Assembly (NCBI GenBank): GCA_951406725.2
Contig: OX597814.1
Location: forward strand, 178,560,001-178,624,000
Source of the DNA: Octopus vulgaris
Lineage: Eukaryota
Direction: 5' to 3'
Length of the DNA: 64,000 nt
The notes under the pieces: generated by a model
Database searches by the model: none
Seen by the model: only the letters and a program-made list of their open reading frames with translations
What the model was told of the DNA's origin: nothing
Position numbers and translations under genes: made by a program
Part shown: positions 15,150 to 28,069 of the stretch, one piece after another
How positions within the stretch are numbered: the stretch's first letter is position 1
Layout: the number at the start of each line of letters is the position of its first letter

Positions 15150-16454
15150 TATATGTGAAACTGCAAAGTAGACATAAAACACATGGCAAGTTTAATTATT
15201 TCTATGTTGACTGATAGAAATTATGAGTAGCTTTAATCGATTATTGAATTCTCATCAAAGGTATGTGCATCATTTGAACGACCCCAGAGAAATAAGCGGC
15301 TAAATTGTTCAAATACAAATACAAGAGCGACAGAGAACTGGAACTAATAATTTGCATAGCACAACTATTCAACACTTTATCTAATATCAGCGACCTGTCA
15401 ACGGGAATCTCAGTTCACACAGTATAAGGGAACGATATATGCACACCTATGTGATAGACATACATATATGAATAAATGCACACACCCACATATACACATA
15501 TGCCTCTCCGTTCTCCATCCTTCAATATATTTTCTAAGCGTTACCCACTATTCTGGTCTCCTTGGCACCCAAGGCCGTATATTGCTTGGCTGTTCATCCT
15601 TTCCCACCGTCCTAAATCACACTCTGTGACGTTTTGGTTGTTTTGCTTTGTTTGTTTTCGTCCCTAATTCTCCGCAAGAAAACGTTTTTGCGGGCACTGC
15701 CAACGGGGGAGTGCTCAGTTACCGTTAAAGGTGCGAAGCTGAATATTACTAAATAGTCACTAACTGATGAAGAATTACAGATCTTCTGTTGGTCTCCCGT
15801 TCCTTTTTACATTCAATATACGTTATGCCCTATATATATATATATATATACCACCTAAGAATCTGTGAATCTGTTGGCAACTGTCAACTCTAAAGGGCGC
15901 CGGGTTACTTAAACGGTTTGTTATGTAACATCCCCTGGAATACCAGTGCAAGTCCAATTGCTAAGATCGTCCGTTATGGACATATAGTACCATAGACTTT
16001 GATTAATACACACATATACGCACACACACGCACACACACATGCGCGCACACATAAACACATTTATATATATATTCATACGGCCATAAGCGGCCATATTAC
16101 ATATTTAGTAATGGAGAGAAACGCAAGCTTGCTATAAATATATTTATGCGGAGTCCCCAAAAATAGATAATTAAAGTACGGAATGAAATAAAGCGTCTAA
16201 TTTCTTGACTCGACAGCTGTTTCGGGAAGCCTGGAGTTATGCAATAATCATAATAATCATACATTGCAAATGAAATGGTCATGTAATCGGTAACAAGACA
16301 TATGAAGATGTTAGATAAGCCCGGCTCACGTCATCAAGAGTAGTTGAAGTCAAACATGAAACCGGTCAAGTGTATTATATTTAATATAAATAAATCTTCC
16401 TATAGAATTTCACTGTATTTTCAACTCTATTTATATTAATGCATGCAGGAATAG

Positions 16455-16563
16455 ATACATACATACATACATACATGCATACATACATACATACATACAT
16501 ACATACATACATACATACATACATACATACATGAATAAATACATACATACATACATACATACA

Positions 16564-16595
<32 letters not shown>

Positions 16596-17012
16596 AGATT
16601 CCTAATATAGAGAAGTTAGCGCTGCATATTGCATATATATATTATTTATTTATAAGAAATCTTTAATGCTAGCATTGCTCAAACACAATTCGATACATTA
16701 TAGAAATTCAAAACGATTACGGGAAAGAGATAGGTGCGATAGCGATGAGAATTAAGCGCGAAAATGAGAAAAGGGAAGACGGAGAATACATGTGTACGAG
16801 TGCGTGTGCAAGCGTGCGTGTGTGTGTGTGTGTAGAATGGATAATGGTTTCTTGAAAAGAGAAATGTAAGAAAGAGCGTTAGGGAGGGAGGGAGGGAAAA
16901 TGAAAGTAAAAGAGTAATAATAAAATATAAACACTAAACATGAACAATCAAATCATTTCATGAGAATTGAAGCGTTGCTGGAAATAGATAGATAAATAGA
17001 TAGATAGATGGG

Positions 17013-17044
<32 letters not shown>

Positions 17045-17321
17045 AGAGAGATACGCCAAAAGATATAAAGATAGCTGGATAGCTAAAACTGTGAAAAATA
17101 TAAATGTTTTATAATGAAGAGAAACGCAGAAACACATACACTCACGCAGTTTATACATACATACATACATACATACATACATACATACATACATACATAC
17201 ATAAATGCATGCATACATACATACATACATACATACAAATACTTACATGTATGTGTATGTGAATATGTATGTGGATGCATATACGCATGCATGTTGTTAT
17301 ATATTTATATAGGTATATTTA

Positions 17322-17369
<48 letters not shown>

Positions 17370-17456
17370 GTATATGTATATATATGTATATATATGTATG
17401 TATATCTATATGTATATGTATGTATATATATACATATATATATACATATATATATG

Positions 17457-17489
<33 letters not shown>

Positions 17490-17568
17490 ATATATATATA
17501 TATGCATACATATATATATACGCATCATAACCAAATATTCACATAAATCTCTCCCTCCTCCTTTCTCC

Positions 17569-17614
<46 letters not shown>

Positions 17615-17700
17615 TTGTGTGTATGTAAGTATGCATGCATCTATGTATGTATGTATGTATGTATGTATGTATGTATGTTTGTACGTGTGTGTGTGTGTGA
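16455..17700. repeat. (CATA)n, (GA)n, (TA)n and (TATG)n microsatellite field
   Basis: Direct reading. Confidence 0.9.
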
Positions 17701-18434
17701 ACACTGAATGAAGGACATGGAATGTGAATCTACTGAGAGGGGTGAATATGAAATTAATAGAGAGAAAAAGAGTGTGCAAATTTGCTAGAATTAAAGAAAG
17801 GTAGAATGATAGAAAATACAGGGAAAGAAAATTTAAAAGCGAATAAAGATAGTGCAAAGGAAAAGTAACATTTAACGTGGGCATGTATCAGCTTTAACTG
17901 GTTTATTTAAATTTTAACCAGAGAAAAAAAAGACCAGAGAAACGCAAATCCCAATATGTATATATATATATATATCAAAATTAGAAAACGTAGATTGTAA
18001 CTAGAAAAGCAATTTCTACAAGAGAAAATATATGATCTAAAACCGTAAGGAACAAATATAACAAAATATAATGTGTAGTAAAGAAAGATCTTATTGAGCT
18101 AAGATATTTATTCCGGGCGTCCCACTTGTTATATTCATTTCGTTTCTTGCTGTATTTATATTTTAGTTTATTTCCCTGAATTCTATTTCAGTATATCAGT
18201 ATTTAAACTTTTTTTGCACGTCCTATGCTGAGAATATCATTATTAAAAAACAAAATGAAAACCTTCTTTTAATGAATGCGGAAAGGTTATCATACCCTTG
18301 ATAATTGCTATGCTTATTCAATCATCTCTTCTCTCCCTTGTATATATATGGTATGCATTGTTGTCTTATTTTTCTCTTTTTTTTTTCCTTACAGTTCTCT
18401 CTCTCTCTCTCTTTATGTGCGTTAATCTGAGGTT

Positions 18435-18960
18435 TAATAATGGTTTAAAATTTTAGTACAAGGCCAGCAATTTCTAGGGAGTGAGTGAGTCGATTACATC
18501 GACCCCAGTGCACTGCTGGTACTTTATTTAGCAATCCTGAAAGGTATGAACGGCAAAGTCGACCTCGGCTGAATTTGAACTCAGAACGTAATGACGGATA
18601 ATACCTATTTCTTTATTACCCACAAGGGGCTAAACATAGAGTGGACAAACAAGGACAGACAAACGGATTAAGTTGATTATATCGACTCCAGTGCGTAACT
18701 GGTACTTAATTTGTCGACCCCGAAAGGATGAAAGGCACAGTCGACATCGGCGGAATTTGAACTCAGAACGTAGCGGCAGACAACATACCGCTAAGCATTT
18801 CGCCCGGTGTGTTAACATTTCTGCCAGCTCACCGCACTAGTCTGAGTTTTAAATAGGGGTTTCACTGTTTTGCACAAAGCCAGCAATTTCAAATGAGTAG
18901 GTGAATCGATTACATCGACCCCAAAGCCTCAAAAGCTAAATAGTAATGTCGACGTCGGAA
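18435..18960 (-). mobile_element. Cluster of SINE family C copies, minus strand (young copy about 18600-18838)
   Basis: Repeated GAAAGG-ATGAA(A/C)GGCA(A/C)AGTCGAC and GAATTTGAACTCAGAACGTA. Confidence 0.9.
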
Positions 18961-18989
18961 CACGTAATAACATTCAAGCTCAGACTAAT

Positions 18990-20120
18990 GCTGTGAACTG
19001 GCAGAATCCTTAGCATGCCGGGCAAAATGCTTAGCGACATTTCGTCCGTCTCTACGTTGACTTCAAATGCCACCGGGTTCGACTTTGGTTTACATTATTT
19101 CGAAGTACCAGCTGAGCATTTAGGTCGATGTAATCGACTTACCCCATCACCCGAAATTGTTGGCCTTATGCGAAATTTCGAAATCAATATTATGAAGCGC
19201 TCAAAGGCCGCGAGCTGGCGGAAACGTTAGCACGCCGGGCGAAATGCTTAACGGTATTTCGTCTGCCGTTACGTTCTGAGTTCAAATTCCGCCGAGGTCG
19301 ACATTGCCTTTCATCCTTTCGGTATCGATAAATTAAATACCAGTTACGCACTGGAGTCGATGTAATCGACTTAATCCGTTTGTCTGTCCTTGTTTGTCGC
19401 CTCTGTGTGTAGCCCCTTGTGGCAGTAAAGAAATAAGAATCTTTAGCACGCTTGGGATAAAATACTTAGCAGTATTTCGTCCGTCTTTACATTCTGATTT
19501 CAAATTCCGCCGGGATCGACTTTGCCTTTCATCCCTTTCGGGTTCCATGAAACAGGTACCCGTTGAACGCTAGCGGTCGCTGTCATCGACATTAACCCCT
19601 CCCTACCCGATACTGCTAATCTTGCGCCAAAATCTGAAACCAACATTATTATGTACTCGAAGACGGCCAGCTGGCAGCATTGTTAACAAACCGGACATAG
19701 CGCTTAGCGTCATTTCGCCTGTCTTTACGTTGTGAGTTCAAATTCCAGCGAGGTCGACTTTGCTTTCACCCTTTCTTGGTCGATATAATAAGTACCAGTT
19801 GAGTAAGGCGGCGAGTTGGCAGAAACGTTGGCACACCGGGCGAAATGCTTAGCGGTATTTCGTCTGCCGCTACGTTCTGAGTTCAAATTCCGCCGAGGTC
19901 GACTTTGCCTTTCATCCTTTCGGGGTCGATAAATTAAGTACCAGTTACGCCCTTGGGTCGATATAATCGACTTAATCCGTTTGTCTGTCCTTGTCTGTCC
20001 CCTTCTGGGTAGTAAAGAAATAGGTATAATAAGTACCAGTTGAATACTAGTGTGATGTAATCAACTTACCCACTCACCCAAAACTGCTGGGCTTGTACCA
20101 AAATTTGAAATAAACATTAT
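18990..20120 (+). mobile_element. Cluster of about 5 SINE family C copies, plus strand, nested
   Basis: Heads GGCGGCGAG(C/T)TGGC(A/G)GAAACGTT at about 19205 and 19806; GAGTTCAAATTCC B-box-like motif; Nin/Deu-like GCCTTTCATCCTTTCGGGGTCGATAAA core. Confidence 0.9.
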
Positions 20121-20569
20121 CAAGTGCTCGATAAATGGTAGGGATAACAGGGATATTTAGTGCTTCCGTTAAATATATTTTCTGCTTATTTATCCTTCTA
20201 TCAGTCTGACATAAACCTCCAGTCTTACCCTACCACTCCTCTCTTCCTATTACTCGTTCTCCCTCCCTAACACACACCCATACACTCACATACACACACA
20301 AAAACACACACAACGTAATACTCACACACATACATATGCGTCACTTTACCTGTTCTCCTCTTAATCTTTAGTAGAATATACTTAACGGTATATGGTACTA
20401 TGAAACTTCGTTAGAAAGACCAATTTCTTGTTTTCGCTATTTTTCTAGCTTATTATTGCTTGAACATCTGCGACTAAACACATCCATCATATCTACACTA
20501 AATTCAATTGAATTTCAGTGTGAATTGATTCATTCAGGGTTTTCATTGATTCTATTTATCCATCTATCA

Positions 20570-20622
<53 letters not shown>

Positions 20623-20727
20623 ACTATCTATATCTATCTATCTATCTATCTATCTACTTCTCAGTCTGTCTGTCTGTCTGTCTGCCTATATACATACACA
20701 CACACAAACATATACATGTACGTATTC

Positions 20728-20775
<48 letters not shown>

Positions 20776-20795
20776 ATATATATATATATATATAT

Positions 20796-21162
20796 ACTAG
20801 CAGTATCGCCCGGCGTTGCTCAGGTTTGTAAGGGAAATAACTATAAAGCATTTTTAGAGAGTTATAGCCAAAAAATAGGAAAAAAATGGAAAAAAATGAT
20901 GGTAAATTTTTTTTTTAGTTAAAAAAGGTGGAGTTGCGTCCCCTAGACAGTTTGCGGTTTGTGTTTCTGATTCTCGACCCCATATCGAATTTATCGATTT
21001 TTTTCAGAACTGGGGGAACTTTTCAAAATTTTCGCTGCGTTAGTTTTGAATTATGACATTGGGCTATGTGTGTATCAAGTTTCATCAGAATCGGTTGAAA
21101 GCCGTGGTCAGGGTGAGGGTACAAGCAAACAGACACACAGAAACACGCACAGACAAACTGCC

Positions 21163-21170
<8 letters not shown>
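20796..21170 (+). mobile_element. Non-autonomous Helitron-like element (Lep1-type architecture) in (TA)n
   Basis: Begins ACTAGCAGTATCGCCCGGCGTTGCTC; contains AAGTTTCATCAGAATCGGTTGAAA followed by ACAGACA-type repeats and TTTATATATAT at the end. Confidence 0.6.
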
Positions 21171-21215
<45 letters not shown>

Positions 21216-21836
21216 TGCAAGCCTGTATGGATGTGCATATCTATGTGTGTGCATGTGAGCGTGTGTATAAGAGTATATATAGATATATGAATATCTGTAT
21301 ATCGCATGCACGATAACACGCATATACATACATACAAGCATACATACATACACACATACATACGTACATACATACGTACATACATGCATACGAACATACA
21401 TACGTACATACATGCATACATACATACATGCATATACATAAAAACATACATGCATACATACACACATTCATACATACATACATACATACATACATACATA
21501 CATACATACATACATACACACATACATACATAGATACATACACAGACACACACATTCAAGCACAGACATAACGTGAATACCTATATCCTGTTCTTCGAAT
21601 GCATTTCCCCTTGTACAGCCGTTCTTTATTTTTAAGCGAAATACAAACGCATGCTTCGTGAAAGCAATGCATGACAATCATTTTGGGAATGCCTACTGCA
21701 AAGCTCCTGCCTGCTTGCAGCTGCTGCTGCTCATTCCGCTGCTGTTGCTGCCGTGTGATACTACTGCTTGTCTTTCGTGTTAGCGAAATGGAAGTTACTG
21801 TTGCTGCTGCTGTTGTTGTTGTTGTTGTTGGTCTTG

Positions 21837-21868
<32 letters not shown>

Positions 21869-22145
21869 GGTGAGGGTGTTGGTGTTGGTGGTGTAGCTAT
21901 TTCTTGGCTGCTAGCAGCCAGCGAGAATCATCAGGCATTATCGATCTCTTTGAATAATAATGGAGTTTCCACAAAACCTGAGCTGCTATCACCGTCGACG
22001 CTGTCATGCATAACATAACCCGCCATCATTATCAGAATATATATATATATACATATATATATTGCTAAGACCGACGTCAACAACGATACCATCGCCGCCG
22101 CCATCGCGACCATCGCCATCATTAACACCATCGTCATCATCATCG

Positions 22146-22182
<37 letters not shown>

Positions 22183-22384
22183 AATCATTATCATCATCAT
22201 CGTCATCATTATCGTCGTCGTCATCGTCACCACCATTGTCATCATCATCATCGTCGTCGTCGACATTGTCGTCATCATCATCTTCACTGTCGTCATCGTC
22301 GTTGTCATCATCATCATTATCATCATCATCATCGTTATCGTCGTCGTCGTCATCGTCATCGTCATCATCAACATCATCATCATC

Positions 22385-22423
<39 letters not shown>

Positions 22424-22442
22424 GTTATCGTCGTCGTCATCG

Positions 22443-22477
<35 letters not shown>

Positions 22478-22979
22478 GCTGTCGTCATCATCATCATCAT
22501 CATCATCGTCATCGTTATCATCATCATTATTATCTCTCTACAAATAACACCTATATAACTACTTGTACCTCACCATTCCTGTTAAAGACCGTCGTTAGTA
22601 ATCACCATCGGCATCGCCTACACCTCCCCCCCCTACCCACGCATGCTAAAACCGCTATCAGTATCCGAAATACCATCACCATCACCACCACCACCACCAT
22701 CACCACAACCATCACCATCACCATCGCCGACGCCGCTGCCACCTCCCACCATTACCACCATCACCGTGATCGCCGCCGCCAGTATCACCAGCCAGCCCCA
22801 TTATCAATACCACGACCGCTCTCATGACTACCGTCTACCATCGCAATCCCTTCCACCGCCGGTATTTACCATTACTACTGTAGCCCCAATCACCATCGTG
22901 GTTTCAACCGATACATAGGCAACCAACACCACCGCCGCCTCCACTACCACCAATACTACTGCTGCTGCTGCTGCTGCTG

Positions 22980-23010
<31 letters not shown>

Positions 23011-23107
23011 CAGTACCCTCATCATCATTTTCTATACCACTACCATTAACTAATACTACCACCAGCACCAACACAACCACTAATACAACCACCACCACCA
23101 CCACCAT

Positions 23108-23149
<42 letters not shown>

Positions 23150-23838
23150 AGTCAGTACCGTCGCCATCATATTCAATACTACGACGACGACTAATACTAC
23201 TACAACTACTGCTGCTGCCGCAACTGTTGCTGCTGCTGCACTACTACTACCATCACTACCACCACCGCCACCACAATCATCACTTCTGACATCTCTGCCA
23301 CCAAACTATCAACACCACCAATACTACCTTTGCTACTGCAACCAATACTGCCATCTTCCCCCAACCGCCATCACCATGACACTATAGAAGCCCCAACACC
23401 TTCCTCATTATTACAGTCACCAATGCCACTGCCACAACCATCACACCGCCAACACCAACACCACTAGAACATCCACCACTCCCAGCAGCTCACCTCTATC
23501 ACTACCACCACTAACACTGCCGCCGCCGACGCCGCCGCGACTATTGCTTACAGTCACCTGTAATGTCACCACCGACACCTTGTCGAGTATTACCACTACA
23601 CGACAACCACCAGCGTCTAACTCCAACATCACCACCAACAACCGCTAAAACAACGCTACCACCACCACCACCACCACCACCAGCAACAAGAACAACAATA
23701 CCACTACCAACACCAATTCCACCGCCGCCATCAACAACACCAACACCAACGCCATCGCTCCCACAACCCCCAGTATCACCACTACCTAAAGCAACACCAT
23801 CACCAACACCACCACTTCATACACGCCACCACTACCCT

Positions 23839-24452
23839 TCATACACCACCACCACTCCATACACCACCACCACTCCATACACCACCACTACTCCATACAC
23901 CACCACCACTTCGTACACGACCACCACTCCGTACACGACCACCACTACGTACACCGCCACCACTCCATACACCACCACCTATCCATACACCGCCACCACA
24001 CCATACACCACCATTCCATACACCGCCACCACTCTATACCCCGCCACCACTACATACACCGCCACCACTCCATACACCACCACCACTCCATACACCGCCA
24101 CCACTCCGTATACCACCACCACTCCATACACCGCCACCACTCCATACACCACCACCGCTCCATTCACCACCACTACTCCATACACCGCCACCGCTCCATA
24201 CACCACCACCGCTCCATACACCGCCACCACTTCGTACACCACCACCATTCCGTACACCACCACCACTCCGTATACCGCCACCACGCCATACATCACCACC
24301 ACTACTCCATACACCGCCACCACTCCGTACACGACCACCACTCCCTGCACCGCCACCACTCCATACACCACCACCACTACATGCACCACCACCACTATAT
24401 ACAGCGCCATCATTCCAAACACCGCCACCACTCCATACACCACCGCCACCAC
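23839..24452 (+). repeat. 18-bp minisatellite (CCATACACC[A/G]CCACCACT)n, more than 30 units, reading (PYTTTT)n
   Basis: Unit visible directly; lies within ORF 23563-24678. Confidence 0.9.
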
Positions 24453-24802
24453 CAATACCATGGTCAAAGACTTCAACAGCTGCTCTAGAACTTGTACCAC
24501 CACTATGAAGACCTGCGTCACCGGTGTGACAGCTATAATCACCACAACAATTAACATCATTATTATCTCCAACGCCAACGTTACAACCCAACTCCTGTCC
24601 ATAAGCCGTGTCTCGAGCCATCATCGCTACCATTACAACCACCATGACTACAATCACCACCAACATTACCATTGTTAACCATCACCATCGTCATCATCAG
24701 CAGCACAATCTTATCACCAACAGAACTACCATTTCCTCTATCACTACTTTTACCAACTCCACTTTGTCTAGAACCATCATCTTCGTCATCTATAGGTATA
24801 CC

Positions 24803-25450
24803 TAATGTCGAGTGAGCCTCTCTAAGTGGTCACACATCCTGCTAGAAGCAACAGCCAAATGTTCCTAAAATATTTCCATACTATTTTAGAAAAATGTCTC
24901 ACTGGGTAATGTGCTCCTGTGGTCCTTACTCTTTTATTTGTTTCAGTGATTTGACAGTGGCCATGCTGAAGCACCGCTTTTAGTCGAGCAAATCGACCCC
25001 AGGACTTGTTCTTTGTAAGCCTAGTACTTAGTCTATCGGTGTCTTTTGCCGAACCACTAGATTACGGGGACGTAAGCACACCAGTATCTGTTGTCAAGCG
25101 ATGTTGAGGGGACAAACACAGACACACAAACACACACATATTTATATATACGACGGGCTTCTTTCAGTTTCCGTCTACCAAATCCACTCACAAGGCTTTG
25201 TTCAGCCCGAGGCTATAGTAGAAGACATTTGCCCAAGGTGCCATGCAGTGGGACTGAACTCAGAACCATGTGGTTAGTAAGCAAGCTACTTACCACACAA
25301 CCACTCCTGTGCCTATAACCCTGCACATAGAAAAACATAGAAAAATGCAGTGGGGTCCCGATTTGAATGTCCTTGATCCAAAATTTGATCGATCAGGGTT
25401 AACCTGAGGCTAAACAAAAACAGCAGTAAAACAAGCAACCACAAAAGTAA
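24803..25450 (+). mobile_element. SINE-like family D copy interrupted by a family B SINE
   Basis: 5' part TGCTAGAAGCAACAGCCAAAT and 3' part GATCAGGGTTAACCTGAGGCTAAACAAAAACAGC match copies at 25600-25830, 26062-26545 and 28340-28560. Confidence 0.7.
24926..25314 (-). mobile_element. SINE family B (tRNA head, CORE-like GCACCTTGGGCAA motif), full length
   Basis: On the minus strand: head AGGCACAGGAGTGGTTGTGTGGTAAG...GAGTTCAGTCCC, internal (TG) tract, tail ACTGAAACAAATAAAAGAGTAA. Confidence 0.9.
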
Positions 25451-25599
25451 CAGCAGCAACAGCTGCAGCAACAACAACAACAACAACAAAAGCATCAACA
25501 ACAGCAATAACCATCTTTATGACCAGAAGCACCACCTGAACACTATCACCGTCACTACAAATTCTTCCCCACCCCTTCTGTATTGTCTGGAAAGTTCAC

Positions 25600-25830
25600 C
25601 TTCGCGGCATAGACGGGCTCTGAAAATAATCGTTCGCTTTTGCTAGAAACAGCAGCCAGATTTCCCTGAAATCAGAACGTCACTTTCTTGGAAACGTACT
25701 CTTAGGGCAATGCGTCTTAATTCCTCTCACATACAGGGAAAAAGACGAGTTGGTCATAACTGGAATGCCCTTGGTCATAGATCTCTCAATCAGGGATGAA
25801 CCCGAGGCCAAGTAACAACAACAAACAAAT
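25600..25830 (+). mobile_element. SINE-like family D copy
   Basis: TGCTAGAAACAGCAGCCAGAT...GGTCATAACTGGAATGCC...TCAGGGATGAACCCGAGGCCAAGTAACAACAACAA. Confidence 0.7.
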
Positions 25831-26061
25831 AAACTAGCCACCGCCATCAGCTTAATTCCACCTCCACCGCCACCTCCACACCTAGAACCATCAATACATT
25901 CATCTATATCGGCAACACCGCCACCTTAACCATCATCCGCCTTCATGTCCAGCTGTCCAGCCAGAGCCATCACTCTATTCCCACCGTCATCGTCATCATC
26001 ATCACCATCATCATCGTCGTCGTCGTCATTATCATCATCACCACTATCATTATTAATATCA

Positions 26062-26545
26062 ATGAGCCGATGGGTGAGCCTTAGACGTGGTAACGTAGCT
26101 TGCTAGAAATAGAGGCCAAACTTCCCTAATATTTCATTTCTGCCTTTTAGAAAACGACATGCATAATATGACCCTGGGTTAACTGTAAATAAATTTTTAA
26201 AAGGCCAGATGGTCATGGCTAGAATGTCCTATGTTCCTAAGAGCTACTTCCCTTAAATTTCACTTCTACCTTTTAGAAAACGACATGTATAATATGACCC
26301 TGGGTTCACTGTAAATAAAATTTTAAAAGGTGAGATGGTCATGGTTAGAATGTCCTATGTTCCTAAGGGCTACTTCCCTAATATTTCATTTCTACCTTTT
26401 AGAAAACGGCATGTATAATGTGACCCTGGGTTTATTGCCAATAAATATTTAAAATGTGTGATGGTCATGGCTAGAATGTCCTATGTTCCTAAGGGCTACT
26501 TGATCAGTGTTGATCCTAGGGTTAAACAGCAACAATAACAACAAC
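26062..26545 (+). mobile_element. SINE-like family D copy with internal 126-bp tandem triplication
   Basis: Units start at 26121, 26247 and 26373 (CTTCCCT...ATGTCCTATGTTCCTAAG[A/G]GCTA); (CAA)-rich tail. Confidence 0.85.
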
Positions 26546-26869
26546 GCAATCTCCAGATCTATCACCACCGCCATCGTCGGCATCATCATCATCATTATCG
26601 ACGTCGTCGGCGTCGCCGCCGTCGTCGTCATCGAAGTCGTCGTCGTCATCCTTATAGACTTCAACACATAAAGCAGCCAGCACTTCCACCACATTCGCAC
26701 TTACCATATGTACCATGACCACCACTACCACGTCCGCCATAACTAGGAAAGGTCATTAACATCTTCATGGCCACCACGGCCGCTACAGCTACCACCTCCA
26801 CACACAATCATACAAGACTGCATCCACCACAAATACACTATATCCGTTGTACTCATCATTACTACCACC

Positions 26870-27232
26870 ACCACTACCACCACCACCACCATCATCACCA
26901 ACATCAAAACTACCACCATCACCAACATCACCACTACCACCACCACCAACATCACCACCACCACCATCACCAACATCACCATCATCACCAACATCACCAC
27001 CACCACCATCACCAACATCACCACCACCACCATCACCAACATCACCACCACCATCACCAACATCACCACCACCACTATCACCAACATCACCACTACCACC
27101 ATCACCAACATCACCACCACCACCATCAGCAACATCACCACCACCACCACCATCACCAAAATCACCACCACCACCACCACCACCATCACCACCATCACCA
27201 CCACCACCACCATCACCATCATCACCGTCATC
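26870..27232 (+). repeat. ~21-bp minisatellite CATCACCAACATCACCACCAC
   Basis: Direct reading; gives the His-rich and SPTSPPPP ORFs. Confidence 0.9.
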
Positions 27233-27254
27233 ATTGAAATCCGTCTCTTCCTGC

Positions 27255-27445
27255 GGGTTTGTTGTTTAGTCCCAGATGGAGCAAACTTACGATCAAAACC
27301 ATTCCAGTCGTGGCCACCATTCCCCATCTGTTATCCCATGTGCATGAAACCCGGCATGAAAACTACAATCATCCAAAGTGTCCTTGTTGTAAGATGGCGA
27401 GGTGCGTGATTTCTGAGGCGGTCTCGTTGCTGTTTCTAGCTGATC
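27255..27445 (-). mobile_element. SINE-like family D copy, minus strand
   Basis: The minus strand reads GCTAGAAACAGCAACGAG...GGCCACGACTGGAATGGTTTTGATC...GGGACTAAACAACAA. Confidence 0.6.
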
Positions 27446-27528
27446 CAACTAGTACCCAACTAGTTTTCGTCTTTTCGTTGGCTCCTTCCCGCCAGATCGC
27501 CACCAACCATCAGCCATCGCTGCTGCTG

Positions 27529-27576
<48 letters not shown>

Positions 27577-27731
27577 TTGCTGCCGCCTCTGCTGCAGCTA
27601 CTGGCACCGTCGTTATTTAGTCTCCCCTGTACATCACATCATCATTGACAGTATACATCTTTATAAACAAACCCCCCGAAACGACCACCACTCGTAACCG
27701 TCGCTATACTAACCATCAGCAATACCTACTT

Positions 27732-27770
<39 letters not shown>

Positions 27771-27885
27771 ACAATATCACCAGCAACGTCACCACCACTA
27801 CCACAACCACCAGTCCCCATCAGAACTATTTCTTCTACCATGGTTACCCTCGCCATCTCTCTACTATTCTTCTCATCATCATCAG

Positions 27886-27916
<31 letters not shown>

Positions 27917-27926
27917 GTCGTCGTCG

Positions 27927-27963
<37 letters not shown>

Positions 27964-28026
27964 TATCACCATCGTCATCATCATCATCGTCGTCGTCGTC
28001 GTCATCATCATCATCATCACCATCAC

Positions 28027-28069
<43 letters not shown>

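Noticed and set aside
15764-15800. CTGATGA followed by a small hairpin
   Set aside because: No GAAA box after the hairpin. CTGATGA at about 34963 and at about 42850 (minus) fail similarly.
26767-27269. His-rich and extensin-like (SPPPP) ORFs
   Set aside because: Two plus-strand frames and an antisense frame are open across one CAC/CAT minisatellite; no evidence of coding.
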